Positions 40,924 to 49,547 of a stretch of DNA of 64,000 nucleotides are shown piece after piece. The stretch covers positions 18,517-82,516 of the forward strand of contig CAZWFX010000004.1 in assembly GCA_964633425.1 (NCBI GenBank). Reading direction: 5' to 3'. Origin of the DNA: an uncultured Candidatus Saccharibacteria bacterium. Lineage in GTDB: Bacteria; Patescibacteriota; Minisyncoccia; Phycocordibacterales; UBA2100. The translations under genes were made by a program, and so were the position numbers. The stretch's first letter is position 1; the number at the start of each line of letters is the position of its first letter. A model generated the notes under the pieces. The model saw nothing but the letters and a program-made list of their open reading frames with translations. It was not told the DNA's origin and searched no databases.

Positions 40924-41305
40924 CTAAAAAGGACCCGCAAAGTCCTTCCGAGAAACATATCGGAAGAAATCGCGAGTCCTTTTTCAAGGAGACTCTGGGG
41001 GCGGCGATAACGTTCAAAACCCCATTTATTTAGTTGTGCATAAATTGTATCAAACTTTTTTCTTTTGCAACAATGGCAATTTCCACAATTTTTCGCTATC
41101 ATTGAAGGACAACCGAATATCGGCCCCTTGAGGGCGGGACCTAACCCCGAAAGAGAAATCTATCGGATATGGTCTGAAAGTCGATCAAGCATAGAAAACC
41201 CGTCATGGGGTTGCTTGATCGCCGTATGGGGAAACCTGTACGAGAGGGTTCGCCCTCTACCCGTGGCGGGTTTTCTGTTGCCCGCCATAGGTTTTATTAG
41301 CAAGG

Positions 41306-41755
41306 TTGCTAGCGATCAAGCCAACCATGTTCAAACAAACATACAAACACGATGTTACTTTGCCCGGACGCGGGCTTTACTGGGTATTAGGTGCCATAGT
41401 CGCAGTTCTGGGTTTACTAGCCCTCACAGGCGCGTATTTTGCGAACACGGCCCAAGACTACGATGGGTATACCAAGCCGAAAGCGCAAGAAACGGCAATT
41501 ACCCCAGAAAAGATGCAGAACGGGGTTAGTGCGATGGCAGATTTTATGGTGAAAGATGGGAATGTTGTTGGCCTACGAATGTGGGCGCGATCCCTCGGTG
41601 TTTCTAGTCCGGAGTTCTCAAGTGCCGCAACACTTCGAGAGGAGATCCGTCGTGCCTCAAATGACTTTGCGATCTATCGAGACAAAAACGAGTTATTGAA
41701 ATTGATGCAGTTACTGGGTAATAACGATGCAATTCTCAACGAGGTCGTGAGGTAA
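41306..41755 (+). CDS. Hypothetical membrane-anchored protein
   Basis: 149 aa with one TM helix (GLYWVLGAIVAVLGLLALTGAYF). Confidence 0.45.
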   Translation: MLAIKPTMFKQTYKHDVTLPGRGLYWVLGAIVAVLGLLALTGAYFANTAQDYDGYTKPKAQETAITPEKMQNGVSAMADFMVKDGNVVGLRMWARSLGVSSPEFSSAATLREEIRRASNDFAIYRDKNELLKLMQLLGNNDAILNEVVR

Positions 41756-41756
41756 C

Positions 41757-44033
41757 CTAGAGTTTTTTGAGTTCAGTAAGCACTTCTTCAGAGTTTCCAT
41801 TGTGAACCAAGAAGAAGCGCTGATTTCCTTTACCAAGTTTTTCCCATTCTGTTGCTATCTCAACTTTGTAGGCAGTATCTTCGTTGCTGATGCGATCTTC
41901 GCCTTTCCATTCGAGAGCGACGATTGTTCCTTTTTTAGTTACAGCGACAAAGTCAGGATAAAACTTTCCTTTTTTCCAACCTTGAATGAAGAACGGATCT
42001 ACTTTCTCTCGATTGCGAACCCAGAACTCAATGTTATCTAGCGCACCGAGATCTATGCGTTCAACAAATACTCTTTCCTCTCCGTTGATTCCGTCGATAC
42101 GTTCATAGAGATTTTTATTGAAAACTTTTGGTACCGGAGATTTGAGCGCAATCGTTGAAGGAAACTCCTCAAACAAACCAACAGTAATTTTCTTCTTTGA
42201 AATGAGATCTGCAAATACTTTCTTTGTGTGCTTTTCAAGCACTTCGCTGATAGCAACCGAAAGACGGTCCGCGAGAAGATAGCGATTTACTGATAGTTCA
42301 GGTAGGGATCGTTTATGCTTCTTGATTTGATTGTTTATGGCCTTCTCTATGAAGGCGTTTTTATCCTCCGGAGTAACCATTGGGAAGCGTAGTTTCTTAT
42401 CTAGCCACGTTACCAGTTCATCCTGTGAGTGTTCTCCGTCCAGATATTGATATGGTAGTGAGAGTTGCTTGCCTTGTAGCCACTCATTCTCTTCAGTGAT
42501 ATCGATTGTGGCTTGGCCGTCGAGATCATAGTGTATTTTGAAATCGAAATCAGCATCTTGCTTTGCTAGTTCAAAATCATCAGCCAAAAGGTCCTCAAAT
42601 GATAGTTTGTTTTTACCGATTGCCATCATTGGGACCTGCAACTTCTTCTTGATTGCTTTTTTTGCTTCGAGGGGATCAGAGTACGTTTCTTCTTCAGTTA
42701 CACCGACAAAATCGCTGCGGCTGTATCCGTTATCTTCGAGTCCCTTGATCACCTTTGATGCTGCCTCGTTGAAGTTTGCTGCGGATGCAAACACATAACT
42801 TCGATTGAGTGCCTCGTCTGCTTTTTTCTTTGCGTTAGGCATACGGATCACACGGCCGATGATCTGCTCGACTGCAACTTTTGCGCCGAGATTCGCGACC
42901 GATATGAGGACGTAAGCATAGGAACAGTCCCAACCTTCCGCAAGGGCGTTTACGGTGAGGATGTATCGCACATCGCATTTCTTATCGAACAAATCAATTC
43001 CTTCGAGTTCGTCGACTTCTGATGTTTTGATCTTGATTTGTTCTTCCGGGATCTTCTTGTCGAGCAACATCTGCTTCAACGCTTCGACGGTAACCGTCGC
43101 TTTGGTTTTGCTCTTTGGTTGTGCTTGGAGAAGTGCAATAGGGCGGATCTTTTCTCCTTTGAGTTTTTCTGCACGCTTCTCCAATTCGTTGCGCTTCATG
43201 ATTCCGTCGGAAACAACTTGCTCCCATTGTGTGCGACTCTCAAGAACAATCGGGATTTTTACCATCTCCTCGATCTTTAGTTCTGATGCACTTGTGTGGA
43301 CGAGCACGTTGCTGCCATCTCGGGGAGTAGCGGTAAACTCGATGATAAATGACGGCTTGAGATCAGACAGGAACGAAATAGAAAGATCTGTCTGTGTGTG
43401 GTGGCCCTCGTCGATTACGATGAGAGGATTGTTTTTTCTAATCACGTTTGCGAGTGAGTTGATTACTTCACCCGCAGAGTCTTTTTCCAAAGCAGATACA
43501 TCTTTCAAGTTCTGGAAGTGGTCCATCAAGGCACCGTTTTCCTTGTAGACTTTGTACTTGTTTTGGATCTTGGCTTCCTTTCGGAAAGCATCGAGGCTCG
43601 CAACGATAATGCAGAGATTGTTTCGAACGTCCTCCGGCGTGATAGCCAGTGCCTCCTCGTTTGAAAATACTTTGAACTTCGTATCGAATGAGTCATTCAA
43701 GACTTCAAAATGTAAATCCTTTGGATCACGAAGTTTCTTGAGAGTTTGTGTTTTTATTGAGTCCGAAGGAACGAACCACATGACAATTCCTGTATCCATC
43801 TTGTTCTGAAGGATAGTCGACATGATTCTCTCAACAGATTTACATGCGACCAGGGTTTTACCTGCACCTGTAGGCATACGAAGGCACACAAAAGGCACGT
43901 CGTTGAACCACTGGTGATTGTAGTTTTTCTCGGTGATCTCGTTGAAAGCATGTCGTGCTTTCATTTTCTTGAGTAGTCCCAAGAACTGGTCGAGAGTATC
44001 TATCGCATTTTGTTGGTAGGTTTTGAACTTCAT
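41757..44033 (-). CDS. res: Type III restriction enzyme Res subunit (SF2 helicase + PD-ExK nuclease)
   Basis: 758 aa. Motif I MPTGAGKT, motif II VIDEGHH, motif III FTATP, motif VI QIIGRVIRM. C-terminal YPDF...ALEWKGE fits PD-(D/E)xK. Confidence 0.85.
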   Translation of the reverse strand: MKFKTYQQNAIDTLDQFLGLLKKMKARHAFNEITEKNYNHQWFNDVPFVCLRMPTGAGKTLVACKSVERIMSTILQNKMDTGIVMWFVPSDSIKTQTLKKLRDPKDLHFEVLNDSFDTKFKVFSNEEALAITPEDVRNNLCIIVASLDAFRKEAKIQNKYKVYKENGALMDHFQNLKDVSALEKDSAGEVINSLANVIRKNNPLIVIDEGHHTQTDLSISFLSDLKPSFIIEFTATPRDGSNVLVHTSASELKIEEMVKIPIVLESRTQWEQVVSDGIMKRNELEKRAEKLKGEKIRPIALLQAQPKSKTKATVTVEALKQMLLDKKIPEEQIKIKTSEVDELEGIDLFDKKCDVRYILTVNALAEGWDCSYAYVLISVANLGAKVAVEQIIGRVIRMPNAKKKADEALNRSYVFASAANFNEAASKVIKGLEDNGYSRSDFVGVTEEETYSDPLEAKKAIKKKLQVPMMAIGKNKLSFEDLLADDFELAKQDADFDFKIHYDLDGQATIDITEENEWLQGKQLSLPYQYLDGEHSQDELVTWLDKKLRFPMVTPEDKNAFIEKAINNQIKKHKRSLPELSVNRYLLADRLSVAISEVLEKHTKKVFADLISKKKITVGLFEEFPSTIALKSPVPKVFNKNLYERIDGINGEERVFVERIDLGALDNIEFWVRNREKVDPFFIQGWKKGKFYPDFVAVTKKGTIVALEWKGEDRISNEDTAYKVEIATEWEKLGKGNQRFFLVHNGNSEEVLTELKKL

Positions 44034-44034
44034 G

Positions 44035-45552
44035 TTAGTAGACTTTTATTTCGTATGGAATTTGCTTGAAGGTAATACCTTTCGACGCTAACTCATCCTC
44101 ATCAACAAGGCAGCGGTCCGCATAGATCACAGCCTGTCCGGTTATTTTGAGTTTTGCGAGCGCTTCTCGAGTGAGATCGTTCTTGTTCTTTCCAGTGTAT
44201 AGGAGATAGTAGGAAGTGCCATTGTTATCTCCAATGACTGGTGCCTTTATGTTTTTCTTCACCACATTTGTGTGTGTTTCGGTAAAGTAAATGTACGTAG
44301 CAAGTTCTTCGTAAGTACACTGATCGTTGATCTGTCCTTTCTCATTGAATAGGGGTTGCCCAAGACGGATATACTCAAAACCATCCGAATATGAGTATTT
44401 CTTCGACACTCTCTTTAGTCGTTCCGCTGTAATGTTTTTTGCTACATCGTCCTCAAGTTCAACAAGGATAAATTGTCGATTTGATCCATTTTTGTTTAGT
44501 TCCATCACTGCATGTCCTGTGGTACCAGATCCCGCAAATGAATCGAGAACAATCGAGTCATCATACGAAGATATCTTGATCAGGTGTTGGATGAGTTCAA
44601 TCGGTTTGGGGTTATTGAAAACTTCCTGCTTACCAAAAATGTCGGCAAGCATTTTGGCTGCGGAATCTGTTGAGCCATAGTTATCCAAGATGTTCGGTTG
44701 CGCTGAATATGTATCCTTGTCCTCAAAGTCATAGATTTTGAGTTTGATTACTCCCTTATCGTTGATGAAGCGACCTCGCTTTTCCAACTCCTGTGCTTTT
44801 TCTTGCCCAATTTGCCACCGCTTACCATTTCGCGGCTTTATTCCTAGAATTGGAAATTGCATTGATGCTCTTTCGTAGTCCCCAGCGTTCTTTTTTTCAA
44901 TGATAGTGAGTCTGTAAGAACCCTCTTTATCTTTATGAGGATAGTCTCGAGACTCTTTTGAAGTTACTCGAGGAAACAACCTACCACTAGAAGTTTTTGA
45001 GTAACAAATCTGATAATCAAAAAGTGAACTGACCTGTACTCCAGCAACATTTGTCGATGTTCCTTTCTTCTTCCAAATAAAACTTGTGATGAAGTTTTTG
45101 GCACCGAATATCTCATCCATCAAAAGTCGGAAATGGTGATTTTCATTGTCATCAAGACTAACAAAAATAACACCGTCGTCTGACATAAGATCCCTGATAA
45201 GTTTCAGTCGAGGGTACATCATGCATAGCCATTTATCATGACGGGTAAGATCTTCGCCCTCACGACCAACAACTTTTTTTATCCAGTCAGCAATTTTTGG
45301 TGAGTTCACTCTATCGTTGTAAACCCAATTTTCGCTACCTGTGTTATATGGAGGATCAATGTAGACGCATTTTACTTTACCCTTGTAGAAAGGCACTAGA
45401 GCCTTGAGTGCCTCGAGATTATCACCATTTATGAGGAGGTTCTTTGATTCGTTCTTCGCAGAGACAGATGCCACTTTTTCAAGCAATTTGAAAGGAACCT
45501 CCTTATCGTGGTTCACTACCGCATCTTTTCCAATCCAATTTAGTGTTGCCAT
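44035..45552 (-). CDS. mod: Type III R-M Mod subunit (beta-class N6-A/N4-C DNA methyltransferase)
   Basis: 505 aa. Motif IV VYIDPPYN precedes motif I DSFAGSGTTGHA. Stop lies 1 nt before the res start. Confidence 0.85.
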   Translation of the reverse strand: MATLNWIGKDAVVNHDKEVPFKLLEKVASVSAKNESKNLLINGDNLEALKALVPFYKGKVKCVYIDPPYNTGSENWVYNDRVNSPKIADWIKKVVGREGEDLTRHDKWLCMMYPRLKLIRDLMSDDGVIFVSLDDNENHHFRLLMDEIFGAKNFITSFIWKKKGTSTNVAGVQVSSLFDYQICYSKTSSGRLFPRVTSKESRDYPHKDKEGSYRLTIIEKKNAGDYERASMQFPILGIKPRNGKRWQIGQEKAQELEKRGRFINDKGVIKLKIYDFEDKDTYSAQPNILDNYGSTDSAAKMLADIFGKQEVFNNPKPIELIQHLIKISSYDDSIVLDSFAGSGTTGHAVMELNKNGSNRQFILVELEDDVAKNITAERLKRVSKKYSYSDGFEYIRLGQPLFNEKGQINDQCTYEELATYIYFTETHTNVVKKNIKAPVIGDNNGTSYYLLYTGKNKNDLTREALAKLKITGQAVIYADRCLVDEDELASKGITFKQIPYEIKVY

Positions 45553-45554
45553 AG

Positions 45555-45731
45555 TTATTTTGTGCTGGTTCCTTTCATAAAGCGCTCAAACTCTTCTCGC
45601 TCAATCCGGAACTCTTTGCCGATCTTATAGGCTTTGAGTCGCTTGGCTTTGATGTATCGGTAGATCGTCATCACGTTCACCGATAGCAATTCAGCCAACT
45701 CTTTTGCGGTGTAATACGCCTTTTCTGCCAT
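45555..45731 (-). CDS. Excisionase-family helix-turn-helix DNA-binding protein
   Basis: ORF 45555..46178 trimmed to MAEKAYYTAKELAELLSVNVMTIYRYIKAKRLKAYKIGKEFRI (58 aa), a typical excisionase/MerR-like HTH. Ends 2 nt before the mod start. Confidence 0.7.
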   Translation of the reverse strand: MAEKAYYTAKELAELLSVNVMTIYRYIKAKRLKAYKIGKEFRIEREEFERFMKGTSTK

Positions 45732-45791
45732 ACAGAAATGATACTTTACTTTTGTTGACATTACAATCACCACAGGAGTAACATTTCCACT

Positions 45792-47267
45792 ATGTTCCAA
45801 CCTAAAGCAGGAAGAAATGATCCTTGTCCTTGTGGAAAAAAGAAGCCCCACGGTGATTCCATCAAGTACAAAAAATGCTGCTTGTCGAAAGATGAGCAAA
45901 GAGCAAAACTTCAAGAGCGAGTAAAAAATGTTACTCGTGCTGACTTTGTAGGTGGTCCATATAAGAAATGCCCAAAATGCGGCAAAAAGACCTTTGGTGT
46001 TTGGATTGGCACAGGTGGTAATGGTTACTCTCGAGAGTGTACGACCTGTTGGCACAAACAGGGTTTCAAATTGCCAAAGATAAAAAAGAAAATCGTCTAT
46101 CTCGATCAGTTTTTGATAAGCAACATGACAAAAGCCCTCGACAAAAACGCGAGGAGCCATGCGGCAGTAATGACTCAACCTTTTTGGCTAGAAGCATATA
46201 AGAAACTGGATCGTCTTTACATGATGAATCTGATTATCTGTCCGGACTCATCCTTTCATACGAATGAGTCACTTTTATCAGGCGATCCACCTTACAAATC
46301 ACTGAAAAAAGTTTACGAGAGGCTTTCAGATGGATGTACCTTCTATGACCACCACACGATTGAGCGATTCCAAGTTCAGCAACATTTCAAGAACTATTTG
46401 GATGGAGACCCTGCAAAAACACTTGAACTCATTGTTGAGAACGTGGTTCATGGCCGACTTCACGAATGGCTTGGCAGAATGGGTGTACGTGTAAACATGC
46501 GCCCATATGACGGGCAACTCGAAGCGGTGCATAAAGAAAGAAACTCACTGTACGAATCAATGAAAAGTATCTTTGCTCGTTGGCAAAGTGAAAAAGATAA
46601 GAAGTTTGATGATTGGTTCAAGGAAGAGGGCTATGCTTTTGGAAAAGGTACGATTCAAGCGCACTTGAAGTTCTTACAGAAACAGGACGATTTTATGAAA
46701 AAGTATGCCACTGAATACGTAGACGGAAAGGAGCCCGAAGTAGACCTTGATAGCGTGTTACCTCCGGCATCGAGTGAACTTATACAGGCTTTATTGCGCG
46801 AACTACGTGGTCGAGGAATCGATGGATCCGATGCAATAAAGAAAATCATTGAATACCTTTCTTCTCAATACGTTCTCGATATTCCGTCTATTCGGATTTC
46901 TTCATTGCTGTACGCAAGTATCGCTCGTAAAGCAGCAAACGGACAAAAAGAACCGCCAAACAAAGGTACTTTTACAGACATAAATGCCATCTCAAGCCTG
47001 TTGCCTTATTGTGATGCGATGTTTGTCGATAATGGAATGGCGGCGCTACTAAAAGAAAGTCCACTAAACAAAGAACTTGCGGTTTATGCTGCTAAAGTTT
47101 TTAGTCCAAATACGAAGGAGGAGTTTCTTCAGTATCTTGACTCGTTAGAACAGGAGGCCGATCCTTCGCACCTAGAACTAATCCAAGATGCTTACGGCGA
47201 GACTTGGCTTGAGCCACACTTGAGTCTTTTGGAAAAGAACCCACTCGATGATGAGGAAGACGAGTAG
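45792..47267 (+). CDS. SEC-C motif + zinc-ribbon protein of unknown function
   Basis: 491 aa. N-terminal RNDPCPCGKKKPHGDSIKYKKCC (SEC-C-like), then CPKCGKK...CTTCWH. The large remainder is unrecognised. Acidic C-terminal tail DDEEDE. Confidence 0.65.
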   Translation: MFQPKAGRNDPCPCGKKKPHGDSIKYKKCCLSKDEQRAKLQERVKNVTRADFVGGPYKKCPKCGKKTFGVWIGTGGNGYSRECTTCWHKQGFKLPKIKKKIVYLDQFLISNMTKALDKNARSHAAVMTQPFWLEAYKKLDRLYMMNLIICPDSSFHTNESLLSGDPPYKSLKKVYERLSDGCTFYDHHTIERFQVQQHFKNYLDGDPAKTLELIVENVVHGRLHEWLGRMGVRVNMRPYDGQLEAVHKERNSLYESMKSIFARWQSEKDKKFDDWFKEEGYAFGKGTIQAHLKFLQKQDDFMKKYATEYVDGKEPEVDLDSVLPPASSELIQALLRELRGRGIDGSDAIKKIIEYLSSQYVLDIPSIRISSLLYASIARKAANGQKEPPNKGTFTDINAISSLLPYCDAMFVDNGMAALLKESPLNKELAVYAAKVFSPNTKEEFLQYLDSLEQEADPSHLELIQDAYGETWLEPHLSLLEKNPLDDEEDE

Positions 47268-47694
47268 AAGTCGATCGTTGATAAAGCAATAAAGTTTCAT
47301 TTTGTTCGACCTCTAACCTTGGGGTCAACTCCTCTGCAAAAAACATTGCCATGTCCCACTTGAGAATTGAGTTTGCCGCGGCAAGTCGTTCCATTGTTGA
47401 AGAGTCTTTTTCTTCTAGGATTAGGGCTATTTTCTTTGTAATGACTCGGTGTCTTTCCTTCAGATTTATCAATCTCTCTGTGCGGCTTTGACATGACAGT
47501 TCCGCAAGGTTTTCTATTCGAACCTTTTTCATTAGTCTCGCTACGTAATGCCAGTCGAGTTCTCCGCGCAGAGATTGGTAACCTTTCAGGTAAAGCGCAT
47601 TACGAACTTGTGCCACGGACTTGAGGGGAAAGAGTGCGATCTCATCGCGAATCGCTCGCTTGATCAGTTCTTCAATTTCTTTTGGCTTTCTCAT
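47101..47694 (-). CDS. Hypothetical protein (3' portion overlaps convergent gene; extent uncertain)
   Basis: 197-aa ORF. The first ~135 aa have plausible helical composition. The last 167 nt overlap 45792..47267. Confidence 0.4.
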   Translation of the reverse strand: MRKPKEIEELIKRAIRDEIALFPLKSVAQVRNALYLKGYQSLRGELDWHYVARLMKKVRIENLAELSCQSRTERLINLKERHRVITKKIALILEEKDSSTMERLAAANSILKWDMAMFFAEELTPRLEVEQNETLLLYQRSTSTRLPHHRVGSFPKDSSVAQAKSRRKHLGLVLGAKDRPPVLTSQDTEETPPSYLD

Positions 47695-47883
47695 GTTCGT
47701 GTTTATTCGTGGTTTTGCTCGCTCGCTACACTACGTTCCATACCCTGATAGGTAATGTCTTTTGTCTCGATTGATTCTGAAAAATGGCTAAACCACATGC
47801 GTTTGTGATAGCATTAGATAACTCGGATTGAGGGTTTGGAACACCGTTTTCCATTTCAAAACTAGGTTTTCTATGGTGTTCCA

Positions 47884-47906
47884 TTCAAATCCCTCCGGGC
47901 TCACAA
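47884..47906 (+). other. tRNA 3'-end-like fragment (T loop + 3' acceptor strand, no 5' half)
   Basis: TTCAAATCCCTCCGGGCTCACAA, followed by the same hairpin/trailer repeat found after intact tRNA genes. No complementary 5' acceptor strand lies upstream. Confidence 0.4.
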
Positions 47907-48060
47907 AAACACCAAGAAACCTGCACTGCTGCAGGTTTCTGCGGTTTTTGGGAAGACGGAGGCATGTTTTGCCAGCAGGCAAAACGGCCGAGTCCGGGGC
48001 TGGAAAATTTTCGAGCGGCGGCGAGAAAATTATTGTGGCTCACAAGACACTTCACGCCGA
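47907..48060 (+). repeat. tRNA-trailer repeat, diverged copy
   Basis: Terminator hairpin AAACCTGCA/TGCAGGTTT, then H1 GTTTTGCC-AGCA-GGCAAAAC and H2 AATTTTC-GAGCGGCGGCGA-GAAAATT. Homologous to the reverse complement of 60749..60894. Confidence 0.7.
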
Positions 48061-48140
48061 TTCCCCTTTTTAAGAATCCGCTATCAGCACAAAAGAAAAC
48101 ACGGCCCAGTAAGGCCGCGCATTGTTCTCTGGAGTCCAAA

Positions 48141-48644
48141 TCAGGACGGCAAAAGGACGCCACTCGTTTTCGCGGACTCGACGGATGCAATTGAGGGGAT
48201 CCAGAGCTCCCTCGCCGGAACTTCCTCGAACTGGATGTCTCCGCATACGTCTGCAAGGGCCTGACGCATTTTTGGGATAATGTGCGGCGCCTCGGCCGCC
48301 ATGTGCGCTTCGCCTTTCGCGACGAAACCCGTAGGCAAAATGTAGAGCCAATAGAGCCCCCTGGTATGTTGCAGGGCGTGCGCCAGACGATACACATCAT
48401 CTCCCTCAGATCTGGCCCTACGTTCCCAGTCGCCGCTCAATTCATACCCATCAGTGCCATACCTGAAAACCAGGTATGCACTGCTTTTCATGCGCACCAA
48501 TTCTCCCGGCACGATGCAATTGAAAACGATAAAGTGACGCGTCGCGTCATGATCCACCGGAGAGGGCTTGAGTCCGTAGACGACCAAGGGACGGTCGCTT
48601 AGAATGTCACGCATTGCTAGTCCTCCAAGTTCACCCGACGCCAC
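48141..48644 (-). CDS. Hypothetical protein
   Basis: 167-aa ORF. The start may be the internal MRDILSDRPL. Confidence 0.45.
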   Translation of the reverse strand: MASGELGGLAMRDILSDRPLVVYGLKPSPVDHDATRHFIVFNCIVPGELVRMKSSAYLVFRYGTDGYELSGDWERRARSEGDDVYRLAHALQHTRGLYWLYILPTGFVAKGEAHMAAEAPHIIPKMRQALADVCGDIQFEEVPARELWIPSIASVESAKTSGVLLPS

Positions 48645-48746
48645 TATGCCGCATATACATTGTTTTGAACAGAATTCGCGGATGTGTGTCGCTGAAATCG
48701 TTCGCCTATCAGTTGTTTCCGGTTCGCTCCCTAAAGAGTCAGCGGT

Positions 48747-49115
48747 ATGAAAATAACGTCCGATTGGCGTTCAAAGCAAATGGCACGCGTGCGCACTCTC
48801 ATAAAACAGGCCGCACCGAAAGTGACCGAGGAAATAAAGTACCGCACAAAAACCAATCCCGGCGGCGTTCCCTGCTGGTACCTCGACGGCATGATCTGCA
48901 CCGGCGAAACCTACAAAGAGCACCTGCGCTTTACGTTCTCGAAAGGCCGTGCACTTAAGAAAGACCACGATCCTAAAAACGTGTTGAATCGATTTACGGC
49001 GATCACACTGACCGAGACGGACAAACTGAACGAGACAGCTTTCAAACAGTTGATAAAAGCAGCGGTCGCACTCAACCGTGTACCGAAGGCAGCAAAGCCC
49101 ACAAAGCGTTCATAA
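48747..49115 (+). CDS. DUF1801 (YdhG-like) domain protein
   Basis: 122 aa. MARVRTLIKQAAPKVTEEIKY...EHLRFTFSKG resembles the YdhG-like family layout. Confidence 0.55.
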   Translation: MKITSDWRSKQMARVRTLIKQAAPKVTEEIKYRTKTNPGGVPCWYLDGMICTGETYKEHLRFTFSKGRALKKDHDPKNVLNRFTAITLTETDKLNETAFKQLIKAAVALNRVPKAAKPTKRS

Positions 49116-49151
49116 AAAAATCGCTCCGGAATTGCTTCCGGAGCGAGCGGG

Positions 49152-49382
49152 CTAACCCGCGTTAAAGGAACCGATGATGCGTCCCTCGACGACCGACGAG
49201 CGAGCCCGTCCAATCATCTCGCACGACACCATGTTCGCATCCGCCCAAATCTTACCCTCGTCTCCCGTTTCCTCGTTGGCGAGTTGTCTCGCTCGTTTTG
49301 CCGAGGACGCGGCGATGACCATGGCATCGTAGGTATCGTAACCTTGATACCCAGCGAAATTTACAAGTTTGTAGATTTTCAT
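49152..49382 (-). CDS. Small hypothetical protein
   Basis: Trimmed to MKIYKLVNFAGYQGYDTYDAMV (76 aa). Confidence 0.4.
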   Translation of the reverse strand: MKIYKLVNFAGYQGYDTYDAMVIAASSAKRARQLANEETGDEGKIWADANMVSCEMIGRARSSVVEGRIIGSFNAG

Positions 49383-49547
49383 TGATCTCTCCGTGACTTG
49401 AGTGTGGACTCCCGGTCCTTCAAGCGCGGATGCAAACAACGAAATCTGCGGCGGATACGTACCGGCGTATTATTCATTGAATAACGTATTTGTCAATATG
49501 AAAACGCGGCAGAGCAATTGCCCTACCGCGTGTCAGCTATTGAAGGA

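Larger units (their letters stand above)
39029..47883. mobile_element. AT-rich genomic island abutting tRNA-Glu (integrative element or its remnant)
   Basis: Sharp compositional shift immediately after the tRNA CCA end and again near 47.75-47.9 kb. Carries a serine integrase, HTH, type III R-M and unknown cargo. The right end is marked by a tRNA 3'-end-like fragment. Boundaries are approximate. Confidence 0.6.

Noticed and set aside
41065-41529. 154-aa plus-strand ORF across the island spacer
   Set aside because: Overlaps the better 41306..41755 frame. Its 5' part covers the hairpin-dense segment and has implausible composition.
45555-46178. Full 207-aa version of the ORF upstream of mod
   Set aside because: Only the last 58 aa form a recognisable HTH protein. 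The N-terminal 149 aa would run across the divergent promoter and into the SEC-C gene on the opposite strand, with odd Phe/Cys/Leu-rich composition.
47829-47906. Full-length tRNA ending at 47906
   Set aside because: The upstream 50 nt provide no 5' acceptor strand complementary to CGGGCTC and no D or anticodon arms. Only the 3' ~23 nt look tRNA-like.
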